Of a DNA stretch of 64,000 nucleotides, positions 9,511-18,334 are shown one piece after another. The DNA comes from Candidatus Dojkabacteria bacterium (GTDB taxonomy: Bacteria; Patescibacteriota; Dojkabacteria; J137): positions 23,778 through 87,777 of the forward strand of contig JAUQWV010000001.1 of the NCBI GenBank assembly GCA_030834985.1. Reading direction: 5' to 3'. Within the stretch, counting starts at the first letter, position 1; each line of letters opens with the position of its first letter. The notes under the pieces were generated by a model. It saw nothing but the letters and a program-made list of their open reading frames with translations, did not search any database and was not told the DNA's origin. The position numbers were made by a program, and so were the translations under genes.

Positions 9511-9960
9511 TTAAAAAATATCTACCAATATAGATGTATTGGTTACTTTGGTATTGTATATTGCATTCTCAACTAATTCTACTAAATCATCAACGTCAGT
9601 ATCTGCTTTTGCAGCATAAGCATGTGCTCCAAGTCCCATAAGCTGTTTTATTACTAGGTCTCCGCCCATATTGCTGATGATTATAAACTTAGGCTTTTCT
9701 TCAACAATGTTTTTAAAGTGTTGTAGCGTTTCGAATCCATCCATAACAGGCATAAATACATCTAGTAAAACTAAATCATATTTATTCTTATTGCATTTAT
9801 CGATACATTCCTTACCATTTGAAGCATAATCAATTGAAAAATCGAATGACCTTAGTAGGATTTCTCCAAACAATTCTCTTGCTTCTACTTCGTCATCAAC
9901 GATTAGAATACGATTGCTTAGAGTGGCACTTTGGTCTGACAAGGAGGATGTATCTGCCAT
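9511..9960 (-). CDS. Stand-alone response-regulator receiver (CheY-like) domain protein
   Basis: ILIVDDE..., phospho-acceptor context LLDVFMP, conserved K. No output domain. Confidence 0.75.
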   Translation of the reverse strand: MADTSSLSDQSATLSNRILIVDDEVEARELFGEILLRSFDFSIDYASNGKECIDKCNKNKYDLVLLDVFMPVMDGFETLQHFKNIVEEKPKFIIISNMGGDLVIKQLMGLGAHAYAAKADTDVDDLVELVENAIYNTKVTNTSILVDIF

Positions 9961-10139
9961 AAGTGAAGCTTAATAAATTATCATTGGGATTATATTTTAA
10001 TATTTGCCGTACTGTCAAATAAGTTTGGAAAACCCCAATGTACAATGATTTCTTCGTTTTTATAATACCAGATTATTGTAATTATGCAACTGGTCTAAAA
10101 ATCCTATATATCATATAATTGGGAGTTTAATATAATCAT

Positions 10140-11624
10140 ATGACAGCAAGAACAAGAATAGCACCAAGCCCTACAGGCTTAGGTTTACACATTGGCCATA
10201 TTAGAACAATGTTGTACGATTACGCATTGGCAAAAAATACAAATGGACAGTTTATTGTACGAATTGAAGATACTGATCAAAACAGATATGTTGAAGGAGC
10301 AGTTGAAAACATACTTAAAACAATTAAGGATTACGGATTAAATTACGATGAAGGTCCTATTGTGGAAGGGCCTTACACACCTTATGTGCAATCACAAAGA
10401 TTAGAGATCTATAAAAAATATGCATTAGAATTAATTCAAAAAGGTTATGCATATTATTGTTTTCTAACACCAGAAGAAACAGAAGAATTGCAAAAACAAG
10501 CAAGACTTGAAAATAAAAAATTAAGATCGCCTTATCGAAACACTTCCTTAGAAGAAGCAAATACGCTTATTGAACAAGGTAAAGAACATGTAGTTAGACT
10601 TAAAGTTCCAGAAGATGGAGAGATTATTTTTGAAGATGCTATTTTAGGAAGACTTAAGTTTAACAGTAACGAAGTTGATGATCAGATCTTATTAAAAACA
10701 GATGGTTTCCCAACTTATCATCTAGCCGTAGTAATAGACGATTACCTAATGAAAATTACTCATGTTTTAAGAGGTAACGATTGGCTCTCTTCTACTCCAA
10801 AACATATTCTACTTTATAGATATTTGGGATGGGAGTTGCCTGTTTTTGCACATTTACCAAATCTAAAAGAAAAAAATGAAAATAGAAAGTTATCTAAAAG
10901 GTATGGTGCAGTTTTTGCAAGCCAGTTCTTAGAACAAGGTTATCTGCCAGAAGCGCTGCTCAACTTTTTAATGCTATTAGGCTGGTCCTCTCCTATTGAA
11001 AGAAAACATGGTGAATCAGAAAAAGAAATTTATTCTTTACAAGAATTTGTAGAATTGTTTTCTTTAGATCGTGTCCAAAAAACTGCGCTCGTTTCTTTTG
11101 ACCGCGATAAACTCTTATGGTTCAACAAAGAATATATTAAGGCAAAGTCTGCCGATGATTTAAAAGATATCTTTGTAAATTGGTTTAAAAATCATAATCA
11201 AGACAAAACTTTAGAAGAATTCATTCTGCAAGATAGTCAGCTTGAAGGCAAGATAGCGTTAATAAAAGAAAGGGCCGGGACGTTGGTAGATATATTATCT
11301 CAGTTAAACTTTTTCTATATTAAGCCAGAAGGTATAGATTGGAATATTAAACAACTTGGAGCTGTAAATGAACATATAGATGAAATGAGAAAAGATCTGT
11401 ACGATTTGCACTCCACATTTAATGCTGACACAAAAAGTTGGTCCCATGAGGAGTGGGAAAAAGGAATAAGATCAATAGGTGATAAATATAATGCAAAACA
11501 TGGCGATATCTTTATGGTTTTAAGAGTTGCAATTGTTGGTATGCCATTTTCTCCACCACTCTTTGAAAGCCTGCAGCTAATGAATAAAGAAGATATATTA
11601 AGTAGGCTATATCCAAATTTTTAA
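10140..11624 (+). CDS. gltX: Glutamyl-tRNA synthetase
   Basis: Class I HIGH (HIGH at N-terminus) and KMSKS-like (KLSKR) motifs. Typical GluRS length. Confidence 0.9.
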   Translation: MTARTRIAPSPTGLGLHIGHIRTMLYDYALAKNTNGQFIVRIEDTDQNRYVEGAVENILKTIKDYGLNYDEGPIVEGPYTPYVQSQRLEIYKKYALELIQKGYAYYCFLTPEETEELQKQARLENKKLRSPYRNTSLEEANTLIEQGKEHVVRLKVPEDGEIIFEDAILGRLKFNSNEVDDQILLKTDGFPTYHLAVVIDDYLMKITHVLRGNDWLSSTPKHILLYRYLGWELPVFAHLPNLKEKNENRKLSKRYGAVFASQFLEQGYLPEALLNFLMLLGWSSPIERKHGESEKEIYSLQEFVELFSLDRVQKTALVSFDRDKLLWFNKEYIKAKSADDLKDIFVNWFKNHNQDKTLEEFILQDSQLEGKIALIKERAGTLVDILSQLNFFYIKPEGIDWNIKQLGAVNEHIDEMRKDLYDLHSTFNADTKSWSHEEWEKGIRSIGDKYNAKHGDIFMVLRVAIVGMPFSPPLFESLQLMNKEDILSRLYPNF

Positions 11625-11647
11625 AATGGTGTAGAATAACTTGATAT

Positions 11648-12706
11648 ATGCAAGTTTCATCACGACGCTCTAAAAATTATCTGCTTGGCGCTACTGAAAT
11701 TCCGTCTAATATTAAACGGCAAGTTGTAAGTAGACTATTTTGGGGTAGAAGTAACTTTTATAAAAATATTACCCATACATCTATATTGATAATAACAATT
11801 GCAGTAACACTTAGTGGTATTGTTTATAGAGTATCAGATGTAAGTGCTGGCGGTACTGCGTTAAGTGGAGAATATATTGTTGGCTCTGCAGATTTACTAA
11901 CACAAGGCGGCTCAATTTCTACAGTTTTACGTACAGATAATACGAATTTGAGTGCGCTGCAAAATAGGCGCCACACAGTTGCCTTTGGCGAAACACTCGA
12001 GTCTATTGCAGCGCAATACAACGTTTCAATGGATACAATCCGTTGGGCTAATCCAAATTTAATTAGTCCATTTACAAACGATATTCAGGTAGGTTGGGAC
12101 TTAGCAATTCCTCAAATAAATGGTGTGCTTTATACTGTTAGATCAGGTCAAAGTCTTGATGATATTATTTCTCTTACAAGTGTCAATAACAACGAATCAA
12201 ATCTTTTTAACATTGTTGAATTAAACCAGCTATCAGCTCCGTATACTTTAACTCCTGGCACAAAATTATTTATCCCAGGTGGAAATTTATTCGGGGAAGG
12301 CTTTCAAGTTGAAGGAATACCAAGAGGAATATTCATTGATCCTTTATCAAGCCCGGATTGTGACGGTTATCAATATCAAAGGGGTTTTTCTTTTTATCAC
12401 GATGGATTCGATTTATCAAAATGGGATGGATGTACAATACAAGCAGTAGCAAATGGCACAGTTTATTATGCAGGGTGGGAGGTTCTTTCGGGCTTGGCTA
12501 TTAAGATAGATCATGGTGGCGGAATTCATACATACTACTACCATCTAAGTGATATTTACGTAAAACCTGGCGACAGAGTTCAACAAGGTCAGGCAATTGG
12601 CTATATGGGTACAACAGGAAATAGTACAGGAACCCACTTACACTTTGTGCTGAAAAAAGATTATATTGCGGTTGACCCAGAACCTTACGTTCCATATAGA
12701 AAATAG
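11648..12706 (+). CDS. LysM domain-containing M23 family metallopeptidase (peptidoglycan hydrolase)
   Basis: LysM block (FGETLESIAAQYNVSMDTIRWANPNL). M23 motifs (HxxxD region, HTYYYHL, GTTGNSTGTHLHF). Confidence 0.8.
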   Translation: MQVSSRRSKNYLLGATEIPSNIKRQVVSRLFWGRSNFYKNITHTSILIITIAVTLSGIVYRVSDVSAGGTALSGEYIVGSADLLTQGGSISTVLRTDNTNLSALQNRRHTVAFGETLESIAAQYNVSMDTIRWANPNLISPFTNDIQVGWDLAIPQINGVLYTVRSGQSLDDIISLTSVNNNESNLFNIVELNQLSAPYTLTPGTKLFIPGGNLFGEGFQVEGIPRGIFIDPLSSPDCDGYQYQRGFSFYHDGFDLSKWDGCTIQAVANGTVYYAGWEVLSGLAIKIDHGGGIHTYYYHLSDIYVKPGDRVQQGQAIGYMGTTGNSTGTHLHFVLKKDYIAVDPEPYVPYRK

Positions 12707-12731
12707 TTTTTTGAACAGGTACAATTAAGAT

Positions 12732-14030
12732 ATGCTTAGAACTAAACTCAAGTGGCCAATTTTTATAACAATCCTGCTTATAACTTATGCACTTTGGTTA
12801 TATGCAAAATTTTCTGTTGAACAAGGGCTTTATCCAGAAGAAGTTTTCTTATACTTAAGCCAACTTTTTGCGGTAACTGCAGTTATATTAATGTCTTTAA
12901 ATTTTATTTTATCTGCTAGATCATATTTTGTTGAAAGTCTGTTTGGAGGACTAGATAAAATGTATAGATTTCACAGACGTTTAGGGCAAATAGCGTTTGT
13001 ACTTGCGTGGTTTCACCCTGTACTACTACTTGTTACAAGATTTGTGGGTATTGAATCTCTAAGATTATATTTTATTCCAGGCTCAATTTTGTGGTACAAC
13101 TTTGGAATATCAGCACTTTATACACTTACCCTGATTATTATGTTTACTGTTATAAGAGTGCTACCCTATCATATTTGGAAACATACACACAGACTAATGA
13201 TTCTGGTTTTAATCCTTGTAGGTATGCATATGTTTAGTGCATTAACACCAGAGCCATTATTTAGATTGTGGATGTTTGGATGGCTTGTTGCTGGAATTTT
13301 TAGTTGGATATATGTTCAGTTCTTATACAAGAAAGTTGGTCCAGTTTTTTACTACAAAGTTGTAAGAACAAATAAAGTAGGTGAAATCACCGAGCTTTAT
13401 TTGGAGCCTCAAAATAAACCATTGTTATACAAACCTGGACAATTTGTCTTTATGTCTTTCATGAATAATAAAGATATTGGTGGAGAGTTCCATCCATTTT
13501 CTATCTCTTCAAATCCTCATGAATATAGCATAAGAATCTCTGCAAAGTCATTGGGAGATTACACTAACCAACTTACAAAAACAAATATTGGAGATTTGGT
13601 TAAATTAATTGGACCTTATGGTTACTTTACTTCAGAGCGCACAAAGGGTGCTTCTAAGCAAATCTGGATTGCTGGTGGTATTGGTGTAACGCCGTTTTTA
13701 AGCATGCTAGCTTCTGAAAAAGACGAACCTTCAAACGGCAAAATTCACTTCTTCTACTCCACAAAAACAGAAGAAGAAGCTGTTTATAAAGATGAAATAT
13801 TAAAAGGCTCAGAAGAGCTCTCTGATTTGCATATTAATTTTAATTACGATAATAAAGACGGCTACTTAAATGCAAAGAAAATTGCAGAGCAAGTCGGTGA
13901 CTTAACAAATGCAAAAATATTGATTTGCGGACCTAAGATTATGATGTACACCTTAAGAAAACAATTTAAAGAACTTGGATTGACAGACGCACAAATAATT
14001 TTTGAGGACTTTGCTTTAAAACCTGAGTAG
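12732..14030 (+). CDS. Ferric-reductase/NOX-like flavocytochrome (6-TM heme domain + FAD/NAD(P)-binding domain)
   Basis: Paired His motifs in TM helices (H-x13-H), HPFSISS FAD motif, GGIGVTPF NAD motif, C-terminal CGP motif. Confidence 0.8.
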   Translation: MLRTKLKWPIFITILLITYALWLYAKFSVEQGLYPEEVFLYLSQLFAVTAVILMSLNFILSARSYFVESLFGGLDKMYRFHRRLGQIAFVLAWFHPVLLLVTRFVGIESLRLYFIPGSILWYNFGISALYTLTLIIMFTVIRVLPYHIWKHTHRLMILVLILVGMHMFSALTPEPLFRLWMFGWLVAGIFSWIYVQFLYKKVGPVFYYKVVRTNKVGEITELYLEPQNKPLLYKPGQFVFMSFMNNKDIGGEFHPFSISSNPHEYSIRISAKSLGDYTNQLTKTNIGDLVKLIGPYGYFTSERTKGASKQIWIAGGIGVTPFLSMLASEKDEPSNGKIHFFYSTKTEEEAVYKDEILKGSEELSDLHINFNYDNKDGYLNAKKIAEQVGDLTNAKILICGPKIMMYTLRKQFKELGLTDAQIIFEDFALKPE

Positions 14031-14048
14031 CATATAATAGGATTAATT

Positions 14049-16559
14049 ATGGATCCATTGGTGTTTCTACTAATAATCGTCTTTTTGATAGCGTTCATGG
14101 TTGTCGCCAATATCGTGTTGCAAAGATATTACAACCTAAAAGTAAGAGTTAACGAAACGATTGTAGATAAAGTTGTATTAAAGATTGCAGTTCCTGTACG
14201 AAACGATAAAAAAGCTCTGGCGGCTGAACAAATGTTTCAATCTTTCCACGGAATTCTAAAAGGCGATAAAGCAAGTAAAGATCATTACTCTTTTGAAATT
14301 TTTGCTGCAAATCACGGTATATATTTTGTTGTTGTATGCTCTAATCGATATAGAACCTTTTTAGAAAATCAGATTTATGCACAATATCCAGAAGCTCAAA
14401 TCACTGTTGTACCAGATTATGCACAGCATCATCCAAGCGAGCTGACAACTGTCAGCGAGCTTAGTCTAGAAAGAGAGTTTTTTTTACCTATCAAAACTTT
14501 TACAAGTTTTGAAGTTGACCCTTTAGCATCAATTACAAGTGCTGTATCTAATTTAACCCCCGGTTTTGAGGTTTGGATTCAGCTTTTAGCCCGGCCAATA
14601 AGTAATGACTGGCAAGTTAAAGGTAAAGAATATGTAGATAAGATTAGAAACGAAAAAGATGCTGAAGGCAATAAAAAAGAGCCTGATTCTTCCGTTGTTG
14701 AAACTTTTGGGGATATCTCACGTAAGTCAGATAAGGTTGGTTTTCAGTTTAGAATTAGAATTATAGGAAAAGGACCAGATGAAAATACAGTTAAGCGACT
14801 TGTAGAAGATACTGAAGCCGCATTCAAACAATTCCAAACTACAAAATTAAATAGTATTGTTAAGCCAAAGTCCAAAAAGAAAGGATTTTTTGATAAATTG
14901 GGCGACAAAATAGAATTATTTTTTAGCGGAAAAAGGCTTGGTGATAAATTAACTGCGCTTCAAAAATATCAGTTTAGGTACCTAGACGAACGCGAAAAAA
15001 ATATTGCAAATATCGAAGAGCTTGCCTCGTTATATCATTTGCCAAACGAAACTGTAAAAACTCCGAATATTGCATGGGCTAAATCCAGAAAACTTGAATT
15101 CCCTTTAAATCTACCGGTTCTAAAGCAAGATCCCGCTGCAAATCAGGGAATCCGTGCTATGGCTCTTACAGATTATAGAAATATTCATCTACCTTTTGGC
15201 ATAAAAGCTGAAGATAGAAGACGTCATATGTATTTACTTGGTAAAACTGGTACAGGTAAATCTACTTTTTTAAAGAATATGATTGTAGGTGATATTCTAG
15301 ATGGAAACGGCTTAGCAGTTTTAGATCCGCACGGAGATCTAGTTGAAGAAATCTTAGATTTGATTCCAGAACACAGAATTAAAGATGTAATTTATTTAGA
15401 CCCTTCGGATGTTGAATTCCCGATAGGCCTTAATATGTTAGATATCAAGGAAGGTGAGACACTAGACTTATTAGCAGACGGTATTGTTAATGTATTTAAA
15501 AAGTTCTTTGGCGAAATGTCGTGGGGGCCAAGGCTTCAGCACTTACTATATAACTCTGTAGCTACATTGCTTCACTGTCAAAATGTTTCTTTACTTGCAG
15601 TTTTAAGAATACTAAATGATAAAAACTATAGGACGTTTCTTCTTAAGCAAGTTAAAGATCCATTCTTAATTAAATTCTGGGAGGAAGAATATGCTCAGTT
15701 AAGCATAAACCCAAGGCTATTAGCCGAAGCTGTGGCTCCAATTCAGAATAAAGTTGGTAGATTTTTAGGTTCTACAATGGTCAGAAACATGATTGGCCAA
15801 ATAAAATCTACCATTGATTTATCTGAAGTTATGAACAGCGGGAAAATCTTGTTAGTAAATCTATCTCAAGGAAAGATTGGTGAAGAAAGCTCATCATTAC
15901 TTGGAGCTATGATTGTCACAAGGCTCTATTCTAATGCAATGCAGCGTGCCAGAATGGCAAAGGAAGATAGACGTGATTTCTATTTATATGTGGATGAATT
16001 TCAAAACTTTGCAACGGAATCATTTATTAAAATTTTATCTGAAGCAAGAAAATACGGATTAAACCTAATAGTAACACACCAATATATAGATCAGATTGAT
16101 GAAAAAATTCAGGATGCTATCTTTGGAAATATCGGGACATTAATGAATTATGTTGTAAGTCAAAAAGACGGTGCAAGGCTTGAAAAGGAATATACTCCAT
16201 ATTTAGGTATGGAAGATCTTGTAAACTTAGATAAATATCGAATTGCAATGAAGATGACTGTTGATATGGCACAAACTCCTCCATTTACAGCTATTGCTAT
16301 GAAGCCTAGCTATCAATTTTACGGGTTAAAAGATGAAGTTAAAGAGTTCTGCCGAAGAACATATGCAAAGCCTAGGGATCAAGTTGAATTAAAGCTTAAT
16401 AAATGGGCAAGCCAAGTTTACGATAAAAATGGCAACCTAGTGCAAAAAACTGATGAGGTTGCTCCTACATCTAATAAAAAATTCAGCGGTAAAAAAACAT
16501 TTAAAGATAATAAAAACGCCTCTAACGCTTCTGCTTCACAAAGTATTCCGCAAGCTTAA
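14049..16559 (+). CDS. Membrane-anchored type IV coupling protein-like ATPase (VirD4/TraD/TraG family) with a ~380-aa N-terminal region of unknown function
   Basis: N-terminal TM. Walker A LLGKTGTGKST. Walker B in FYLYVDEFQNF, followed by the RKYG...THQ...Q block typical of T4CPs. Confidence 0.6.
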   Translation: MDPLVFLLIIVFLIAFMVVANIVLQRYYNLKVRVNETIVDKVVLKIAVPVRNDKKALAAEQMFQSFHGILKGDKASKDHYSFEIFAANHGIYFVVVCSNRYRTFLENQIYAQYPEAQITVVPDYAQHHPSELTTVSELSLEREFFLPIKTFTSFEVDPLASITSAVSNLTPGFEVWIQLLARPISNDWQVKGKEYVDKIRNEKDAEGNKKEPDSSVVETFGDISRKSDKVGFQFRIRIIGKGPDENTVKRLVEDTEAAFKQFQTTKLNSIVKPKSKKKGFFDKLGDKIELFFSGKRLGDKLTALQKYQFRYLDEREKNIANIEELASLYHLPNETVKTPNIAWAKSRKLEFPLNLPVLKQDPAANQGIRAMALTDYRNIHLPFGIKAEDRRRHMYLLGKTGTGKSTFLKNMIVGDILDGNGLAVLDPHGDLVEEILDLIPEHRIKDVIYLDPSDVEFPIGLNMLDIKEGETLDLLADGIVNVFKKFFGEMSWGPRLQHLLYNSVATLLHCQNVSLLAVLRILNDKNYRTFLLKQVKDPFLIKFWEEEYAQLSINPRLLAEAVAPIQNKVGRFLGSTMVRNMIGQIKSTIDLSEVMNSGKILLVNLSQGKIGEESSSLLGAMIVTRLYSNAMQRARMAKEDRRDFYLYVDEFQNFATESFIKILSEARKYGLNLIVTHQYIDQIDEKIQDAIFGNIGTLMNYVVSQKDGARLEKEYTPYLGMEDLVNLDKYRIAMKMTVDMAQTPPFTAIAMKPSYQFYGLKDEVKEFCRRTYAKPRDQVELKLNKWASQVYDKNGNLVQKTDEVAPTSNKKFSGKKTFKDNKNASNASASQSIPQA

Positions 16560-16633
16560 AGCTAGCATATACGTTATAATTAAACGCTCGTAAAAATATC
16601 CATGCTATAGGCTGGAAATAAGGAGATCATGTA

Positions 16634-16852
16634 ATGCCAGACAAACCGCAAGAAACAGTTGGCGGCACTTTTTTGGTGCCACCTACCCCACCTGCACACA
16701 TCCCGTCTGAGTTCGAGGTCCTCCCCCCATTCCGTCTGAACAGAGAGAAAGGGGAGGCAAAGAAGCCGTCAGAACCAAGCGGATACTGCGGGTACGGATA
16801 CGACGACATTACAGCCGAACAGCGCGAAGCCCACGAGGATTATGGGGGCTGA
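16634..16852 (+). CDS. Hypothetical Pro-rich acidic small protein (72 aa)
   Basis: SD aaggagatc 7 nt upstream. Terminator hairpin 16869-16892. Confidence 0.5.
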   Translation: MPDKPQETVGGTFLVPPTPPAHIPSEFEVLPPFRLNREKGEAKKPSEPSGYCGYGYDDITAEQREAHEDYGG

Positions 16853-16868
16853 GCGCTAAAACACCTTA

Positions 16869-16900
16869 AGGGCGGGCTAAATCGCCCGCCCTCAAAAACA
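16869..16900 (+). terminator. Rho-independent terminator-like hairpin (agggcgggc/gcccgccct)
   Basis: 9-bp GC stem and 6-nt loop, followed by caaaaacatttcttc. Confidence 0.5.
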
Positions 16901-16912
16901 TTTCTTCTAATA

Positions 16913-16940
16913 TTCACTAATTTACTATCGCTGATATAAT
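16913..16940 (+). promoter_or_regulatory. Sigma70-like promoter (TTCACT-16-TATAAT) for the 16987 gene
   Basis: Hexamers at 16913-16918 and 16935-16940. 5'-UTR hairpin ggttc..gaacc follows. Confidence 0.4.
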
Positions 16941-16986
16941 ACTGTATCCTGGTTCAATTTAGAACCGGAATAAAAAGGGGATGTAA

Positions 16987-17193
16987 ATGTCTCTAAGACG
17001 GGGTGACATAGAAAGTCAGAAGGCTCGTGAACTTGCAGAGGGATATCGCGAAGAGATCTCCACTGACGTACCGAATATAATCATCTTAAGGAGGCGTAAG
17101 CTTCTGAATGATGACGGTAATGGGAGTGAGATGAACATAAGCACTCAGCTTGACGACTTTGTATGTGAATGTACCGACTGCTTTGACGACTAG
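16987..17193 (+). CDS. Hypothetical acidic small protein (68 aa; C-terminal CECTDC)
   Basis: SD aaaagggga. Followed by terminator 17212-17250. Confidence 0.5.
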   Translation: MSLRRGDIESQKARELAEGYREEISTDVPNIIILRRRKLLNDDGNGSEMNISTQLDDFVCECTDCFDD

Positions 17194-17211
17194 CAAACCC
17201 TAACCACATAA

Positions 17212-17250
17212 GTCTGAGAATCTAAAGATTCTCAGACATACTTATTTTGT
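17212..17250 (+). terminator. Rho-independent terminator (gtctgagaatc/gattctcagac + T-tract)
   Basis: Perfect inverted repeat followed by atacttattttgt. Confidence 0.6.
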
Positions 17251-17262
17251 CACCCAAAATCG

Positions 17263-17290
17263 TTGACTTTGTATATATTTGTAATATAAT
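17263..17290 (+). promoter_or_regulatory. Sigma70-like promoter TTGACT-16-TATAAT
   Basis: Consensus -35 at 17263-17268 and consensus -10 at 17285-17290, upstream of the 17343 gene. Confidence 0.55.
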
Positions 17291-17342
17291 AGTATTTAAC
17301 CCTAATTGAATAGGGAATCGTTCTATAGCAAGGAGTTGAAAA

Positions 17343-17579
17343 ATGTTGGGTCATCAAGAATCTAGGTCAAAGTTTCGCCACCCAGCGCGTCTCCCCAACT
17401 ATCAGAAGCCGCAAATACTTAGAGAAGGAGTAGCGGCTTATGAGGAGGAGAAGGAAGACGCTACGGCCCACGCGGGTAGCTGGGAGTACTGGCCTAACGA
17501 CCCGAGTTTGATTCAGCAGTTTGATGACGAGGCTGTGGCGGATGAACCGCCCGGCCAAAATGGCGTTGACTGGATTTAA
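17343..17579 (+). CDS. Hypothetical acidic small protein (78 aa)
   Basis: SD caaggagtt. Terminator 17604-17640. Confidence 0.5.
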   Translation: MLGHQESRSKFRHPARLPNYQKPQILREGVAAYEEEKEDATAHAGSWEYWPNDPSLIQQFDDEAVADEPPGQNGVDWI

Positions 17580-17603
17580 TCCAGCGCGCTATATACTCCT
17601 ACT

Positions 17604-17640
17604 GTCCTGAGCAGCATGCTGCTCAGGACAATCCTTTATC
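17604..17640 (+). terminator. Rho-independent terminator (gtcctgagcagc/gctgctcaggac)
   Basis: 12-bp stem followed by aatcctttat. Confidence 0.55.
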
Positions 17641-17676
17641 CTATAGTAATTTTTTCTAAATTTTCTTCTAAAATCC

Positions 17677-17704
17677 TTGCATCATAATAGTTTTATGATA
17701 TTAT
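17677..17704 (+). promoter_or_regulatory. Sigma70-like promoter TTGCAT-16-TATTAT with TG extended -10
   Basis: Located upstream of the 11-codon ORF. Confidence 0.45.
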
Positions 17705-17737
17705 CGAAACATCCTTAAAAGAAAGGAGGTGCGCAGC

Positions 17738-17773
17738 ATGAAGAACAAGAAGTTTAATAATTGCTGCAAGTAG
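17738..17773 (+). CDS. 11-codon mini-ORF (MKNKKFNNCCK) with a strong SD
   Basis: aaaggaggt is 8 nt upstream of the ATG. Followed by a ~70-nt untranslated stretch, then hairpin 17843-17875 whose loop contains aaggagg. Confidence 0.35.
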   Translation: MKNKKFNNCCK

Positions 17774-17842
17774 ACGACCCTGCCGGCCGGATACCGATCG
17801 AAGTGACGTAGTTAGTCCTTCCCACCCCTTATTCTTTTGGAA

Positions 17843-17900
17843 GCTAGACCCCCTCCAAGGAGGCTGGGGTCTAGCCTCAGCTTATTCCCCTTTTACTAAA
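17843..17900 (+). terminator. Terminator-like hairpin (gctagacccc...ggggtctagc) + T-rich tail
   Basis: 10-bp stem, SD-like loop, followed by ctcagcttattcccctttt. Confidence 0.5.
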
Positions 17901-17958
17901 TTAAAGAAACTATTGTATACTTTTTTACCATCGTTTTAGAGCCAGGAGGGCCTTTTAG

Positions 17959-18168
17959 ATGGCGGATGAAAGTTGTCCAAATTGTAAACGGCCGTTAACA
18001 AACGGCAGATATATGGTACGGTGCTCGCGTTGCGGAAAGGCTGCCTGTTATAAGGTAGACTTTCTAGGAGGCGCTAAGCCTAGTGAGTGCTGTGCTCATA
18101 ATTTATGGCAGAACGAAGCCTGCCTAAAAGAAGGTGAACGGCATAAATTCAAGCCGTCCAGCGAGTAG
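17959..18168 (+). CDS. Small Cys-rich zinc-ribbon-like protein (69 aa)
   Basis: CPNC...CSRC pairs plus additional Cys. SD ccaggaggg. Terminator 18173-18205. Confidence 0.5.
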   Translation: MADESCPNCKRPLTNGRYMVRCSRCGKAACYKVDFLGGAKPSECCAHNLWQNEACLKEGERHKFKPSSE

Positions 18169-18172
18169 TAAA

Positions 18173-18205
18173 GCGCCCTGCTTTTGCAGGGCGCAAAACC
18201 TTTCA
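18173..18205 (+). terminator. Rho-independent terminator (gcgccctgc/gcagggcgc)
   Basis: 9-bp stem and tttt loop, followed by aaaaccttt. Confidence 0.55.
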
Positions 18206-18260
18206 TTTAGTATTTCTAAGCATAGAATTAAAGTGATATAATTCATAGCTCATATCGTAT

Positions 18261-18331
18261 TCGGGGTTCGTCTAGTGGTAGGACAACAGTTTCTGGAACT
18301 GTTTACTGGGGTTCGAATCCCTGACCCCGAG
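18261..18331 (+). tRNA. tRNA-Gln (anticodon CUG)
   Basis: Cloverleaf built by hand: 7-bp acceptor with U1-A72 and G73 discriminator (bacterial Gln identity). D-stem GTCT/GGAC. Anticodon stem ACAGT/ACTGT with loop TTCTGGA. T-loop TTCGAAT. No encoded CCA. Confidence 0.8.
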
Positions 18332-18334
18332 TTT

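Larger units (their letters stand above)
16560..18210 (+). other. GC-rich cassette of five tandem mini-genes, each with its own promoter/SD/hairpin terminator
   Basis: Compositional break relative to the flanks. Five SD-ATG starts, five GC-rich stem-loops with T-tracts, several sigma70-like -35/-10 pairs. Confidence 0.6.

Noticed and set aside
17367-17558. 63-aa minus-strand ORF antisense to the 17343-17579 mini-gene
   Set aside because: No SD, it lies opposite a gene with full expression signals, and it has a hydrophobic or basic random-like composition.
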